NCBI RefSeq assembly: GCF_029945925.1
Contig: NZ_JAQSDN010000049.1
Span: forward strand, 97,679-161,678
DNA from: Polaromonas sp.
Lineage (GTDB): Bacteria; Pseudomonadota; Gammaproteobacteria; Burkholderiales; Burkholderiaceae_C
Direction of reading: 5' to 3'
DNA: 64,000 nucleotides
Part shown: positions 20,042 to 29,936 of the stretch, piece by piece
Position numbering within the stretch: position 1 is the first letter of the stretch
Layout: each line of letters begins with the position of its first letter
The notes under the pieces: generated by a model
What the model saw: only the letters and a program-made list of their open reading frames with translations
Told to the model about the DNA's origin: nothing
Database searches by the model: none
Program-made: the position numbers and the translations under genes

Positions 20042-22069
20042 ATGTCAGAGCTCACTCTCAACAACCTGCTGGTCGTGCCCTTGGCGCCGCTGGTGGGTTC
20101 GATCGCGGCCGGCCTGTTCGGCAAGGCCATTGGCCGCCGCGGATCCCACGTGTTGACCATCCTGGGTGTGTTGATTGCCTTCATCTTCTCGGCCATGACG
20201 CTGCAAGCGGTGGTCCAGGACGGGGCGCATTTCAACCAGACGGTCTATGAATGGATGACCCTCGGGTCGCTGAAGATGGAAGTCGGCTTCATGGTCGACG
20301 GCCTCACCGCCATGATGATGTGCGTGGTGACCTTCGTCTCGCTGATGGTGCACATTTACACCATCGGCTACATGGCAGAAGACGACGGTTACCAGCGCTT
20401 CTTCAGCTACATCTCGCTGTTCACCTTCTCGATGCTGATGCTCGTGATGAGCAACAACCTGCTGCAGCTGTTCTTCGGCTGGGAAGCGGTGGGCCTGGTG
20501 TCCTACCTGCTGATCGGGTTCTGGTTCAAAAAGCCCACGGCCACCTTCGCCAACATGAAGGCCTTTCTGGTCAACCGGGTGGGCGACTTCGGCTTCATCC
20601 TGGGCATTGGCCTGATCGTGGCCTACACCGGCTCGCTCAGCTACACCGAGATCTTCGCCAAGGGCAGCGACCTGGCCGCGCTGACGCTGCCCAAGACCGA
20701 CTGGTCGCTGATCACGGTGATCTGCATCTGCCTGTTCATCGGCGCCATGGGCAAGTCGGCGCAGTTCCCCCTGCACGTCTGGCTGCCTGATTCGATGGAA
20801 GGCCCGACCCCCATCTCCGCTCTGATCCACGCCGCCACCATGGTGACGGCGGGCATCTTCATGGTGTCACGCATGTCGCCGCTGTTCGAGTTGTCCGATG
20901 CCGCGCTGAACTTCATCGTGGTGATCGGTTCGATCACGGCGCTGTTCATGGGGTTTCTGGGCATCATCCAGAACGACATCAAGCGCGTGGTGGCGTATTC
21001 CACGCTGTCGCAACTGGGTTACATGACCGTGGCCCTGGGCGTGTCCGCCTACAACGTGGCCGTGTTCCACCTGATGACGCATGCCTTCTTCAAGGCGCTG
21101 CTGTTCCTCGGCGCGGGTTCAGTCATCATGGGCATGCACCATGATCAGGACATCCGCAACATGGGCGGCCTGCGCAAGTACATGCCCATCACCTGGATCA
21201 CGTCCTTGCTGGGCTCGCTGGCCCTGATTGGCACGCCGTTCTTCTCGGGCTTCTATTCGAAGGACAGCATCATTGAAGCCGTGCACGCCAGCCATCTGCC
21301 AGCGGCAGGCTTTGCCTACTTCGCCGTGATCGCCGGGGTTTTCGTGACCGCCTTCTACAGCTTCCGCATGTATTTCCTGGTCTTCCATGGCAAGGAACAT
21401 TTCCACCACAAGCCTTTCCCGGGCGAGCACGACCATCACGACGACCACGCTGATGCCCATGGCCACGGTGACCACCATCATGCGCACACACCGCATGAAT
21501 CACCCTGGGTGGTGACGGTGCCGCTGGTGCTGCTGGCGATTCCCTCGGTCGTGATCGGCTGGTTCACCATCCAGCCCATGCTGTTTGGCGAGTTCCTCAA
21601 GAGTGCGATCTTTGTCGATCTGGAACGCCATCCCGCCATGGAAGAGTTGGCCCACGAGTTCCACGACGCCACCGCCATGGCCTTGCACGGCCTGAGCACG
21701 CTGCCGTTCTGGCTGGCACTGGGCGGTGTGGTCACGGCCTACGTGTTCTACATGGTCGCGCCGCAGATCCCGGCCTTCTTTGCTCGCGTGCTGCGTCCGC
21801 TGATCGTCATCGGCGAGAACAAGTACTACCTCGACTGGTTCAACGAAAACGTGCTGGCCGCTGGCGCCCGTCTGCTGGGCCGTGGCCTGTGGAAGATCGG
21901 CGACGAGACCCTCATCGACGGCTTGGCCGTGAATGGTTCGGCCAAGCTGGTCGGCCTGATCAGTTCGCTGGTGCGCCTGTTCCAGACCGGTTACCTCTAT
22001 CACTACGCGCTGGTCATGATCTTGGGGGTGTTCGCCCTCATGACATGGTTCGTGTTCATGCAACATTGA
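20042..22069 (+). CDS. nuoL: NADH-quinone oxidoreductase subunit L
   Basis: ND5-like antiporter subunit: FFGWEAVGLVSYLLIGFW, GKSAQFPLHVWLPDSMEGPTPISALIHAATMVTAG. Contains a His/Asp-rich loop (see findings). Confidence 0.96.
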   Translation: MSELTLNNLLVVPLAPLVGSIAAGLFGKAIGRRGSHVLTILGVLIAFIFSAMTLQAVVQDGAHFNQTVYEWMTLGSLKMEVGFMVDGLTAMMMCVVTFVSLMVHIYTIGYMAEDDGYQRFFSYISLFTFSMLMLVMSNNLLQLFFGWEAVGLVSYLLIGFWFKKPTATFANMKAFLVNRVGDFGFILGIGLIVAYTGSLSYTEIFAKGSDLAALTLPKTDWSLITVICICLFIGAMGKSAQFPLHVWLPDSMEGPTPISALIHAATMVTAGIFMVSRMSPLFELSDAALNFIVVIGSITALFMGFLGIIQNDIKRVVAYSTLSQLGYMTVALGVSAYNVAVFHLMTHAFFKALLFLGAGSVIMGMHHDQDIRNMGGLRKYMPITWITSLLGSLALIGTPFFSGFYSKDSIIEAVHASHLPAAGFAYFAVIAGVFVTAFYSFRMYFLVFHGKEHFHHKPFPGEHDHHDDHADAHGHGDHHHAHTPHESPWVVTVPLVLLAIPSVVIGWFTIQPMLFGEFLKSAIFVDLERHPAMEELAHEFHDATAMALHGLSTLPFWLALGGVVTAYVFYMVAPQIPAFFARVLRPLIVIGENKYYLDWFNENVLAAGARLLGRGLWKIGDETLIDGLAVNGSAKLVGLISSLVRLFQTGYLYHYALVMILGVFALMTWFVFMQH

Positions 22070-22084
22070 GCGCGGGACCAGTTC

Positions 22085-23572
22085 ATGCAAACAATGTCCA
22101 ATACCCTTTCTCTGGCCATCTGGATTCCGGTGGCGTTCGGGGCTTTGCTGCTGGCCATCGGCCGTCAGGAAAACGCCAAGGTCACCCGCTGGATTGCGCT
22201 GATCGGCGCCATCGTCGGCTTCCTGGCCACCATCCCGTTGATGGCTCAATTCGACAATGGCACAGCGGCCATGCAGTTCGTCGAGAAGTCCGCCTGGATC
22301 GAACGCTTCAACGTGTTCTACCACCTGGGCGTTGACGGCATCTCGATGTGGTTCGTGCCGCTGACGGCGTTCATCACCATCATCGTGGTGCTGGCGGGCT
22401 GGCAGGTCATTGAAGACCGTCCCCACCAGTATTACGGCGCCTTCCTGATCCTGTCGGGCCTGATGATCGGCGTGTTCTCGGCCATCGACGGGCTGCTGTT
22501 CTACGTTTTCTTCGAAGCCACGCTGATCCCGATGTACATCATCATCGGCGTGTGGGGCGGACCGCGCCGGGTCTACGCGGCGTTCAAGTTCTTCCTGTAC
22601 ACGCTGCTCGGCTCGCTGTTGATGCTGATCGCGCTGATCTTCCTGTACTACAAGTCGGGTGGCAGCTTCGACATCCTGACCTGGCACAAGCTGCCCCTTC
22701 CGGCCTTGGCTCAGTCGCTGCTGTTCGGCGCTTTCTTCGCGGCCTTTGCCGTGAAGGTGCCGATGTGGCCGGTGCACACCTGGTTGCCCGACGCCCACGT
22801 CGAGGCGCCCACGGGTGGTTCGGTCGTGCTGGCCGCCATCATGCTGAAGCTGGGTTGCTACGGCTTCCTGCGCTTCATGCTGCCCATCGTCCCGGATGCC
22901 AGCCGTGAGTTCGCCCCTGTGGTGATCACGCTGTCGCTGATCGGCGTGATCTACATCGGCCTCGTGGCCATGGTGCAGCAGGACATGAAAAAGCTGGTGG
23001 CGTATTCGTCCATCGCGCACATGGGCTTCGTCACCCTGGGTTTCTTCATCTTCAATGAGCTGGGCATGTCCGGCGGCCTGGTGCAGATGATTGCCCACGG
23101 CTTCGTGTCGGGCGCCATGTTCCTGAGCATCGGCGTGCTGTACGACCGGGTTCACTCGCGCGAAATCGCCAGCTACGGCGGGGTGGTCAACACCATGCCC
23201 AAGTTCGCGGCGTTTGCCTTGCTGTTCTCGATGGCCAATTGCGGCCTGCCGGGCACCGCGGGTTTCGTCGGCGAGTGGATGGTGATCCTGGGTGCGGTTC
23301 AGTTCGACTTCCTCATCGGCCTGCTGGCCGCCACCGCGCTGATCTTTGGCGCGGCCTACACGCTGTGGATGTACAAGCGCGTGTACCTGGGCGACATCGC
23401 CAATGACGATGTGCGTGGCCTGACCGACCTCAATGCCCGCGAATTCCTGATCATGGCCATCCTGGCCGTTGCCGTGCTGTGGATGGGCATCCAGCCCAAG
23501 CCTTTCACCGATGCGATGCACGTGTCCGTGACCGAGCTGCTCAAGCACGTGGCACAAAGCAAGCTGAACTGA
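22085..23572 (+). CDS. nuoM: NADH-quinone oxidoreductase subunit M
   Basis: ND4-like: FAVKVPMWPVHTWLPDAHVEAPTGGSVVLAAIMLKLG. Confidence 0.96.
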   Translation: MQTMSNTLSLAIWIPVAFGALLLAIGRQENAKVTRWIALIGAIVGFLATIPLMAQFDNGTAAMQFVEKSAWIERFNVFYHLGVDGISMWFVPLTAFITIIVVLAGWQVIEDRPHQYYGAFLILSGLMIGVFSAIDGLLFYVFFEATLIPMYIIIGVWGGPRRVYAAFKFFLYTLLGSLLMLIALIFLYYKSGGSFDILTWHKLPLPALAQSLLFGAFFAAFAVKVPMWPVHTWLPDAHVEAPTGGSVVLAAIMLKLGCYGFLRFMLPIVPDASREFAPVVITLSLIGVIYIGLVAMVQQDMKKLVAYSSIAHMGFVTLGFFIFNELGMSGGLVQMIAHGFVSGAMFLSIGVLYDRVHSREIASYGGVVNTMPKFAAFALLFSMANCGLPGTAGFVGEWMVILGAVQFDFLIGLLAATALIFGAAYTLWMYKRVYLGDIANDDVRGLTDLNAREFLIMAILAVAVLWMGIQPKPFTDAMHVSVTELLKHVAQSKLN

Positions 23573-23586
23573 GGCCCGAGAACAAC

Positions 23587-25068
23587 ATGACACAACTGAA
23601 CTGGCTCGCGGTCGCCCCCGAGATCTTGTTGCTGACCATGGCTTGCGTGATTGCGCTGGTGGATCTGTTCGTGACCCATCCGCGTCGCTTGCCGACCTAC
23701 ATCCTGACCATGGTGTCGCTGGCCGCCGTGGCGGGCCTGCACCTGGGCGCGCTGGACGTCAGCAGTTCCAGCTATGCCATGCAGCGCATGGTGGTGACCG
23801 ACCCGATGGGGCATTTGCTGAGCTTTTGCGCCACTTTGGCCGTGATGGCCAGCCTGGTCTATGCGCAGACCTATGCCGGTGCGCGCGACATCCTCAAGGG
23901 CGAGTTGTTCACCCTGAGCATGTTCGCTTTGCTGGGCATCTCGATCATGATCATCGGCAACAACTTCCTGACCATTTACCTGGGTCTGGAGCTGATGTCG
24001 CTGTCGTCGTACGCATTGGTGGCCTTGCGCCGTGACCATTCGCAATCGACCGAAGCCGCCATGAAGTACTTCGTGCTGGGCGCGCTGGCCAGTGGCTTCC
24101 TGCTGTACGGCCTGTCGATGATGTACGGCGCCACTGGTTCGCTGGACCTGGGTGAGGTCTACAAGGCCACGCTGTCGGGCCAGATCAACAAGCAGGTGTT
24201 GGTATTCGGTCTGGTGTTCATCGTGTCGGGCCTGGCCTTCAAGCTGGGGGTCGTGCCTTTCCACATGTGGATCCCCGACGTGTACCAAGGTGCGCCCACC
24301 GCTGCCACGCTGATGGTGGCAGGTGCCCCCAAGCTGGCCGCCTTCGCGATCACCATCCGACTGTTGGTGGAAGGCCTGATCAACACCGCCACCGACTGGC
24401 AGCAGATGCTGATGATCCTCGCCGTGGCTTCGATGGCGCTGGGCAACCTGGCGGCCATTGCACAGACCAACCTCAAGCGCATGCTGGCTTACTCCGGCAT
24501 TGCGCAACTGGGTTTCATGTTGCTGGGCTTCGTGCCCAGCGTGGTGTCGGGCAATACCTTGTCATCCAGCAATGGCTATGGCTCGGCCTTGTTCTACGTG
24601 CTGACGTATGTGCTGACCACCTTGGGCACCTTCGGCATCATCATGTTCCTGTCGCGCCCCGGTTTCGAATCCGAGCAGGTCTCTGACCTGGCGGGCCTGA
24701 ACAAACGCAGCCCCCAGATGGCCGCTGTGATGGCGATCTTCATGTTCTCGTTGGCAGGCTTGCCGCCCACCGTGGGTTTCTACGCCAAGCTGGCGGTGCT
24801 GCAGTCGCTGGTGACCACCAGCTCGGCTTTGCACCTGCAGTTGGCCATTGCTGCCGTGATGCTCTCGTTGGTGGGCGCTTTTTACTACCTGCGCATCGTC
24901 AAGGTCATGTACTTTGACGAGCCCACCGACACCACCCCGGTCACGGCCAGTGGCGAGGCCCGGGCCTTGCTGTCGGTCAATGCCATCGCGGTGTTGGGCC
25001 TGGGCATCCTGCCTGGCGGCTTGATGGCCTTGTGCGCTCGCGCCATCACCCAGTCGCTGGCGGGCTGA
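23587..25068 (+). CDS. nuoN: NADH-quinone oxidoreductase subunit N
   Basis: ND2-like: FKLGVVPFHMWIPDVYQGAPTAATLMVAGAPKLAAF. Start at ATG 23587 (MTQLNWLAV...); the ORF-track start at 23479 overlaps nuoM. Confidence 0.95.
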   Translation: MTQLNWLAVAPEILLLTMACVIALVDLFVTHPRRLPTYILTMVSLAAVAGLHLGALDVSSSSYAMQRMVVTDPMGHLLSFCATLAVMASLVYAQTYAGARDILKGELFTLSMFALLGISIMIIGNNFLTIYLGLELMSLSSYALVALRRDHSQSTEAAMKYFVLGALASGFLLYGLSMMYGATGSLDLGEVYKATLSGQINKQVLVFGLVFIVSGLAFKLGVVPFHMWIPDVYQGAPTAATLMVAGAPKLAAFAITIRLLVEGLINTATDWQQMLMILAVASMALGNLAAIAQTNLKRMLAYSGIAQLGFMLLGFVPSVVSGNTLSSSNGYGSALFYVLTYVLTTLGTFGIIMFLSRPGFESEQVSDLAGLNKRSPQMAAVMAIFMFSLAGLPPTVGFYAKLAVLQSLVTTSSALHLQLAIAAVMLSLVGAFYYLRIVKVMYFDEPTDTTPVTASGEARALLSVNAIAVLGLGILPGGLMALCARAITQSLAG

Positions 25069-25074
25069 TCGAGC

Positions 25075-25389
25075 ATGGGCGGCTTGATCCCGGTGTGGGC
25101 GGTGGTCGCCGTGTTGGCAGTGGCCATGCTGGCGGCCAACGCCCCTTTCTTGAATAACCGGCTGTTCTTGCTGGGCCCGACGCGCGTGCCCAAGTCACTC
25201 TTCGTGCGGCTGCTGGAGTTGCTGGTGTACGCCAGCCTGGTCTTTGGCCTGGGGCGAGCCCTGGAGGGGCAGTTGGGCCAAGCCAGCCCCCAGCGCTGGG
25301 AGTTCTATGCCGTGGGCATGCTGACTTTCCTGACCCTGGCTTTTCCCGGTTTTGTGTGGCGCTACCTGCGTCGCAATGCGGTGCACTGA
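25075..25389 (+). CDS. Small membrane protein, DUF2818-like, trailing the nuo operon
   Basis: 104 aa with three hydrophobic helices, 6 nt after nuoN. This post-nuoN gene is, from memory, typical of Burkholderiales. The family name is recollection, not a search result. Confidence 0.7.
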   Translation: MGGLIPVWAVVAVLAVAMLAANAPFLNNRLFLLGPTRVPKSLFVRLLELLVYASLVFGLGRALEGQLGQASPQRWEFYAVGMLTFLTLAFPGFVWRYLRRNAVH

Positions 25390-25393
25390 GCTG

Positions 25394-25990
25394 ATGAACC
25401 AGCCCACGCCAGCCTTCAACGACGACCACCTGCGCGAAGAAACGATCGAATCGCACCAGGTCTACCAAGGTCATTTCATTGACCTGCGCCGTGACCGCGT
25501 TCGCTTGCCCAATGGCCGGGAAGCTGGGCGCGAGTACGTGGTGCATCCAGGCGCCGTGATGATCGTCGCGATCCTGCCCGATGGCGGCCTGGTGATGGAG
25601 CGGCAGTACCGCTATCCTGTTCGCCAGACCATGATCGAGTTCCCCGCCGGCAAGCTGGATGGGGGCGAGGGCGGCTTGGCCTGCGCGCAACGCGAGCTGT
25701 GGGAAGAAACCGGCTACCGCGCCAAGCGGTGGGCCAAGGCCGGCATCATGCACCCCGTGATTGGCTATGCCACCGAGATCATCGAGATCTGGTTCGCCGA
25801 TGACTTGACGCTGGGTGAGCGCCACCTGGACGACGGCGAGTTCCTGGACGTGTTCACGGCCACGGCCGATGAGCTGGACGTGTGGATGCAACAAGGTTTG
25901 CTGACCGATGCCAAGACCATCGTCGGGATGATGTGGCTCAAGCAGTGGCTGGCTGGTGTCTGGCCCTTGGACTGGCAAGAGATCGCCTGA
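25394..25990 (+). CDS. NUDIX hydrolase (ADP-ribose pyrophosphatase-like)
   Basis: Nudix box: GKLDGGEGGLACAQRELWEETGY. Start at ATG 25394 (MNQPTP...). Confidence 0.88.
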   Translation: MNQPTPAFNDDHLREETIESHQVYQGHFIDLRRDRVRLPNGREAGREYVVHPGAVMIVAILPDGGLVMERQYRYPVRQTMIEFPAGKLDGGEGGLACAQRELWEETGYRAKRWAKAGIMHPVIGYATEIIEIWFADDLTLGERHLDDGEFLDVFTATADELDVWMQQGLLTDAKTIVGMMWLKQWLAGVWPLDWQEIA

Positions 25991-26003
25991 CTGACCTTCG
26001 CAC

Positions 26004-27500
26004 TCAGGTGCTTGGCCCAGGAAGCTGGTCAACACTGATCAATCGTCCCGGGTTCATCAAACCCCCAGGATCCAAGGCCTGCTTGATCGCCTTCATCATG
26101 CCCAAGGCAACCGCTGATTTGCGCCGCGCGAGCTCATCGCGCTTGAGCTGGCCAATGCCATGCTCGGCCGACAGCGTGCCCCCCAACTGCAAGGCCGTGT
26201 CGTAGACCAGGCGGTTGACCTCGGCTTCGTGCTCGGCCAGGAAGGTGGCGCTGGGCAGGCCGGGCGGACCCTGCACGTTGTAGTGCAGATTGCCATCGCC
26301 CAGGTGCCCGAAACAAACGATCTTGCAGCCTGGAAAGGCATGGGCCAATAGAGCCTGAGTGGTGCGAACGAACTCCGGAATGGCCGAGGTGGGCACCGCG
26401 ATGTCGTGCTTGACCATGAGCCCTTCCTGGCGTTCGGCCATGGGGATCGCCTCGCGCAGGGCCCACATGGCGTGGTTCTGCGTGTGGTTCTGAGCGATGG
26501 TGGCGTCAAGGACGAGGCCCTGGCTCACGGCCTGGGCTAACAAGGCTTCCAGGGCAGTGCGGGCCGCCAGATCGGACTCCGCATGAGTGGTGTCGATCAG
26601 GACCGTCCACTCGGGAACGGGGCCTGTGATTCCTTCGATGGCGTCGCTCACCAAAGGTGCCATGGCGCGTGCCTGTTCAGGCAAGTATTGCCGCACCAGG
26701 GCGAGGGGCCAGGCGTGCATGACTTCGAAACCGGTCAGGCCCGCATCCAGCCGCGCGCGCGCGCTTTGCAAAAGCGCCACACAAGCGTCCAAACTGGGGC
26801 AGGTCGCCAGCGCCGTCACTTGCCCGACAGGCTGAGGGAACAGGCGCAGCGTGGCGGCGGTGATGATGCCCAGCGTGCCTTCGCTGCCGATGAACAAATC
26901 TCGCAGGTCGTAGCCGCTGTTGTCCTTGCGCAAGGCGGTCAGGCCATCCCAAACTTCGCCCTGGGCGGTGACGACTTCCAAGCCCAGGCACAGCTCTCGG
27001 GCCGTGCCATAACGCAGCACCTGGGTGCCGCCCGCGTTGGTGGCCAGGTTGCCGCCAACGGTGCAAGAGCCCTCGGCCGCCAGGCTCAAGGGGAAGAGCA
27101 GTCCGGCTTGCGAAGCCGCCTCTTGAACCTGGGCCAGCAGGCAACCCGCCTGGACGGTCATCGACAGGTTGGCGCGGTCCACGGCCACAAGCTGGTTCAG
27201 GCGTTGCAGGTTGAGCAGCAACTGGGTGCCGCTGCCATTCGGGATGGATCCGCCGACGAGGCTGGTGTTGCCGCCTTGAGGCACCAGGCTGACGCCGTGG
27301 CGGGCACACAGCCTGACCACCGCGGCCACTTGCATGGTGTCGCGCGGGCGGGCAATGGCCAAGGCCTGGCCCACATAGCGACCCCGCCAGTCGTGCAGGT
27401 ACGGCGCCAGCACGCCTGTGGCCTCGTTGCCGGGCAGGATCAAGCCGTCGTCGCCCAGCAACTGGCGCAAGGACTCCAGAAAGACGTGGTTGCTGGACAT
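26004..27500 (-). CDS. FAD-linked oxidase (GlcD / D-2-hydroxyacid dehydrogenase family)
   Basis: FAD-binding PCMH-type region VSLVPQGGNTSLVGGSIP; C-terminal GGTLSAEHGIGQLKRDEL; 498 aa. Confidence 0.88.
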   Translation of the reverse strand: MSSNHVFLESLRQLLGDDGLILPGNEATGVLAPYLHDWRGRYVGQALAIARPRDTMQVAAVVRLCARHGVSLVPQGGNTSLVGGSIPNGSGTQLLLNLQRLNQLVAVDRANLSMTVQAGCLLAQVQEAASQAGLLFPLSLAAEGSCTVGGNLATNAGGTQVLRYGTARELCLGLEVVTAQGEVWDGLTALRKDNSGYDLRDLFIGSEGTLGIITAATLRLFPQPVGQVTALATCPSLDACVALLQSARARLDAGLTGFEVMHAWPLALVRQYLPEQARAMAPLVSDAIEGITGPVPEWTVLIDTTHAESDLAARTALEALLAQAVSQGLVLDATIAQNHTQNHAMWALREAIPMAERQEGLMVKHDIAVPTSAIPEFVRTTQALLAHAFPGCKIVCFGHLGDGNLHYNVQGPPGLPSATFLAEHEAEVNRLVYDTALQLGGTLSAEHGIGQLKRDELARRKSAVALGMMKAIKQALDPGGLMNPGRLISVDQLPGPST

Positions 27501-27515
27501 GGGCTGAACGGCGGT

Positions 27516-27947
27516 CTAGGCCGGGGTGGCAGGGGCGGGCTTGCCTGCCTTGAGGCGCAGGCGCACATAGACCGCGCAGGCGGTGAACAGGCTCAGGCTC
27601 AAGGCCACTTCAATGCCTGCCAGGATCTGGCTGAGGCCCGTGTCGCTGGTGGCCCGCATGGCGCCTTCGGTGAAATACAACCACACCAGCAAGGACAGCC
27701 AGCGGAAGGTGTACATGCGGTGCTTGATCAACCCGGTGAGCCCGAAGACCAGTGGCAAGACCTTCAGGGCCAGCATGCCCGTGCCACCCTTCAGCGGGGC
27801 CCATTGCAACTCCCACAGCAAGCCCAGCACGATCAGGCCGACCAGCGAGCCAAACGCGATCCAGCGCACGTGGTTGATGGCGCGCAGGCGCGAGGCCGGG
27901 TGCTGACCCAGTGGGATGACGGGCAAGGGATCGAAGTTGTCAGGCAT
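27516..27947 (-). CDS. Membrane protein, DUF2069-like
   Basis: Four hydrophobic helices (about 143 aa). ATG at 27947 is preferred over the TTG at 27950. The family label is from memory. Confidence 0.7.
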   Translation of the reverse strand: MPDNFDPLPVIPLGQHPASRLRAINHVRWIAFGSLVGLIVLGLLWELQWAPLKGGTGMLALKVLPLVFGLTGLIKHRMYTFRWLSLLVWLYFTEGAMRATSDTGLSQILAGIEVALSLSLFTACAVYVRLRLKAGKPAPATPA

Positions 27948-28009
27948 CAAAGTGGGGCAGGTTGGGGGCAGTGGCGTCGTTGGCGCACCATGGCTGGCAT
28001 CATAGCCAG

Positions 28010-29251
28010 ATGATTTCGAAATTGACCGTGTGGAAGGCGGCGCATCAGCGTTGGTCGGCCCTGATCCTGGCCTTGAAGCAGTGGCCCTGGGCCGAGACCC
28101 TGGTGACCTTGCGTCAGCGTTTTCGGGAAGATCGCCTTGGCATCACCGCTGGCAGCCTGACCTTCACCACCACCATCGCGCTGGTGCCCTTGTTCACGGT
28201 GATGCTGGCCTTGTTCAGCGCCTTCCCGGTGTTCGCACGGTTTCGCAAGACGCTGGAGCTGCAGTTCATCCAGGGCTTCGTGCCCGATGCCATCGCCAAG
28301 CCAGTGCTGTTGTCGCTGACCAAATTTGCGCTCAAGGCCAGCCAGTTGGGGGGCATGGGCTTGATCGTCCTGGCCGTGACCGCCCTGGCCTTGATGCTGA
28401 CCATCGACCGCACGCTCAACGCCATCTGGCGCGTGCGCACGCCCAGGCCGATGGCACAGCGCGTGCTGGTGTACTGGTCGGCGCTCACGCTGGGGCCGCT
28501 GGTGCTGGGTGCCAGCTTGTCGGTGACCTCTTACTTGCTGTCGGCCTCGCGGGGGCTGGTAGACGAGTTGCCGGGTGGTGTCGAGTTTTTCCTGGGGCTG
28601 ATCGTCTTCAGCTTGCAAACTGCGGGGTTTGCCGCGCTGTTTCGATTCGTGCCCAACACCTACGTGCGTTGGGAGCACGCGTGGGGCGGGGCGCTGTTTG
28701 TGTCGGGCACGCTGGAGCTGGGGCAAAAGGCGCTGGCCCTGTACCTTGGCAAGGTGCCGATCTACTCGACCATTTATGGTGCCTTCGCGGCCGTGCCCAT
28801 TTTCTTGGTCTGGATCTACCTGAGCTGGGTGATCGTGCTGATGGGGGCGGTGATCGCCGCCTACACCCCCAGCCTGCTGTCGCGGGTAAAGCGGTGGCCC
28901 GACACGCCGGGGCACCGATTTCAGCTGAGCCTGGCCTTGCTCAAGGCTTTGGCCGCCGTGCAACATGCTCAGCAGAAAGGTCATTCCGCAGAGGGACTGG
29001 CTGCCCTGCTGCGCACCGATCCGCTGCAGATCGAGCCCATTTTGGAGACCCTGGTGGAGCTGGACTGGGTGGCTCGGCTGGACGAGCCTGATGCGGAAGG
29101 CGGCGGCCGTTTTGTGCTTCTGTGCGATCCTGACCAGGCGGTCATGGCGCCCCTGGTGGGGCGCCTTTTACTCAAGCCCGACGGCTTCACCGATGGATTT
29201 TGGGCAGCCGCCAAACTGGACGAATTGACCCTGCGACAGTCTTTAACGTAA
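28010..29251 (+). CDS. YihY/BrkB-family inner membrane protein
   Basis: RLGITAGSLTFTTTIALVPLFTVMLALFSAFP and IYSTIYGAFAAVPIFLVWIYLSWVIVLMGA are typical of YihY (formerly 'RNase BN'). ATG 28010 is preferred over the ORF-track start at 27962. Confidence 0.82.
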   Translation: MISKLTVWKAAHQRWSALILALKQWPWAETLVTLRQRFREDRLGITAGSLTFTTTIALVPLFTVMLALFSAFPVFARFRKTLELQFIQGFVPDAIAKPVLLSLTKFALKASQLGGMGLIVLAVTALALMLTIDRTLNAIWRVRTPRPMAQRVLVYWSALTLGPLVLGASLSVTSYLLSASRGLVDELPGGVEFFLGLIVFSLQTAGFAALFRFVPNTYVRWEHAWGGALFVSGTLELGQKALALYLGKVPIYSTIYGAFAAVPIFLVWIYLSWVIVLMGAVIAAYTPSLLSRVKRWPDTPGHRFQLSLALLKALAAVQHAQQKGHSAEGLAALLRTDPLQIEPILETLVELDWVARLDEPDAEGGGRFVLLCDPDQAVMAPLVGRLLLKPDGFTDGFWAAAKLDELTLRQSLT

Positions 29252-29379
29252 CACTGTGCGAGCCAATGCAGGGTGAACCCCAGCCGACCGCGTGCCTGTT
29301 GGGCATTCGGGCACGGTTTGCGCTTCAAAAGCTCAGAATTTGCGCGGGTTTGAGCCCGATCACCCATTGGCGTTTGCCA

Positions 29380-29396
29380 CATATTGCGGCAATATG
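29380..29396. promoter_or_regulatory. AT-rich 8-1-8 perfect palindrome, candidate operator upstream of the CBS gene
   Basis: CATATTGC-G-GCAATATG, 53 nt upstream of ATG 29449, in a 197-nt intergenic region. Confidence 0.3.
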
Positions 29397-29448
29397 ACTC
29401 AACAGCGTCAGACGCACTGTGCAACCCCTGAACAAGAGGAGACCGACC

Positions 29449-29916
29449 ATGAAAGTCAGCGACATCCTGCGAGTCAAAGGCAGCACCCTATACACCGTGC
29501 AACCCGAACAGCTCCTGTCTGAAGCGGTCAACACCATGGCCCAGTTCGACATCGGGTCTCTGGTCGTGATGGAACACGGTGACGTGGTCGGCATGCTGAC
29601 CTTCCGGGAGGTGATCCAGGCCGTGGTGCGCAATGGCGGCGTCATGGGCGACACCCGCGTGCGCTCGGTGATGGACGACCATCCGCTCACCTGCACGCCC
29701 GACACCGAGATTGACGAAGTGCGCCGCATGATGCTGAGTCGTCACGCGCGCTACATGCCGGTCATGACGCAAAAAACCCTGATGGGCGTGATGTCGTTCT
29801 ACGACGTGGCCAAGGCCGTGGTTGACAGCCAGGATTTTGAAAACCGGATGCTCAAGGCCTACATCCGCGACTGGCCGGTTGAAGAAGAGGCTGGTGAGCG
29901 CCAGGCTTTGCTCTAA
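29449..29916 (+). CDS. CBS domain-pair protein
   Basis: Two CBS repeats (VSDILRVKGSTLYTV...IGSLVVMEHGDVVGMLTFREV and VRSVMDDHPLTCTP...RYMPVMTQKTLMGVMSFYDV). AAGAGGAG SD at 29433-29440. Confidence 0.88.
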   Translation: MKVSDILRVKGSTLYTVQPEQLLSEAVNTMAQFDIGSLVVMEHGDVVGMLTFREVIQAVVRNGGVMGDTRVRSVMDDHPLTCTPDTEIDEVRRMMLSRHARYMPVMTQKTLMGVMSFYDVAKAVVDSQDFENRMLKAYIRDWPVEEEAGERQALL

Positions 29917-29936
29917 AAATCAGCGTGCCCCCTCCC

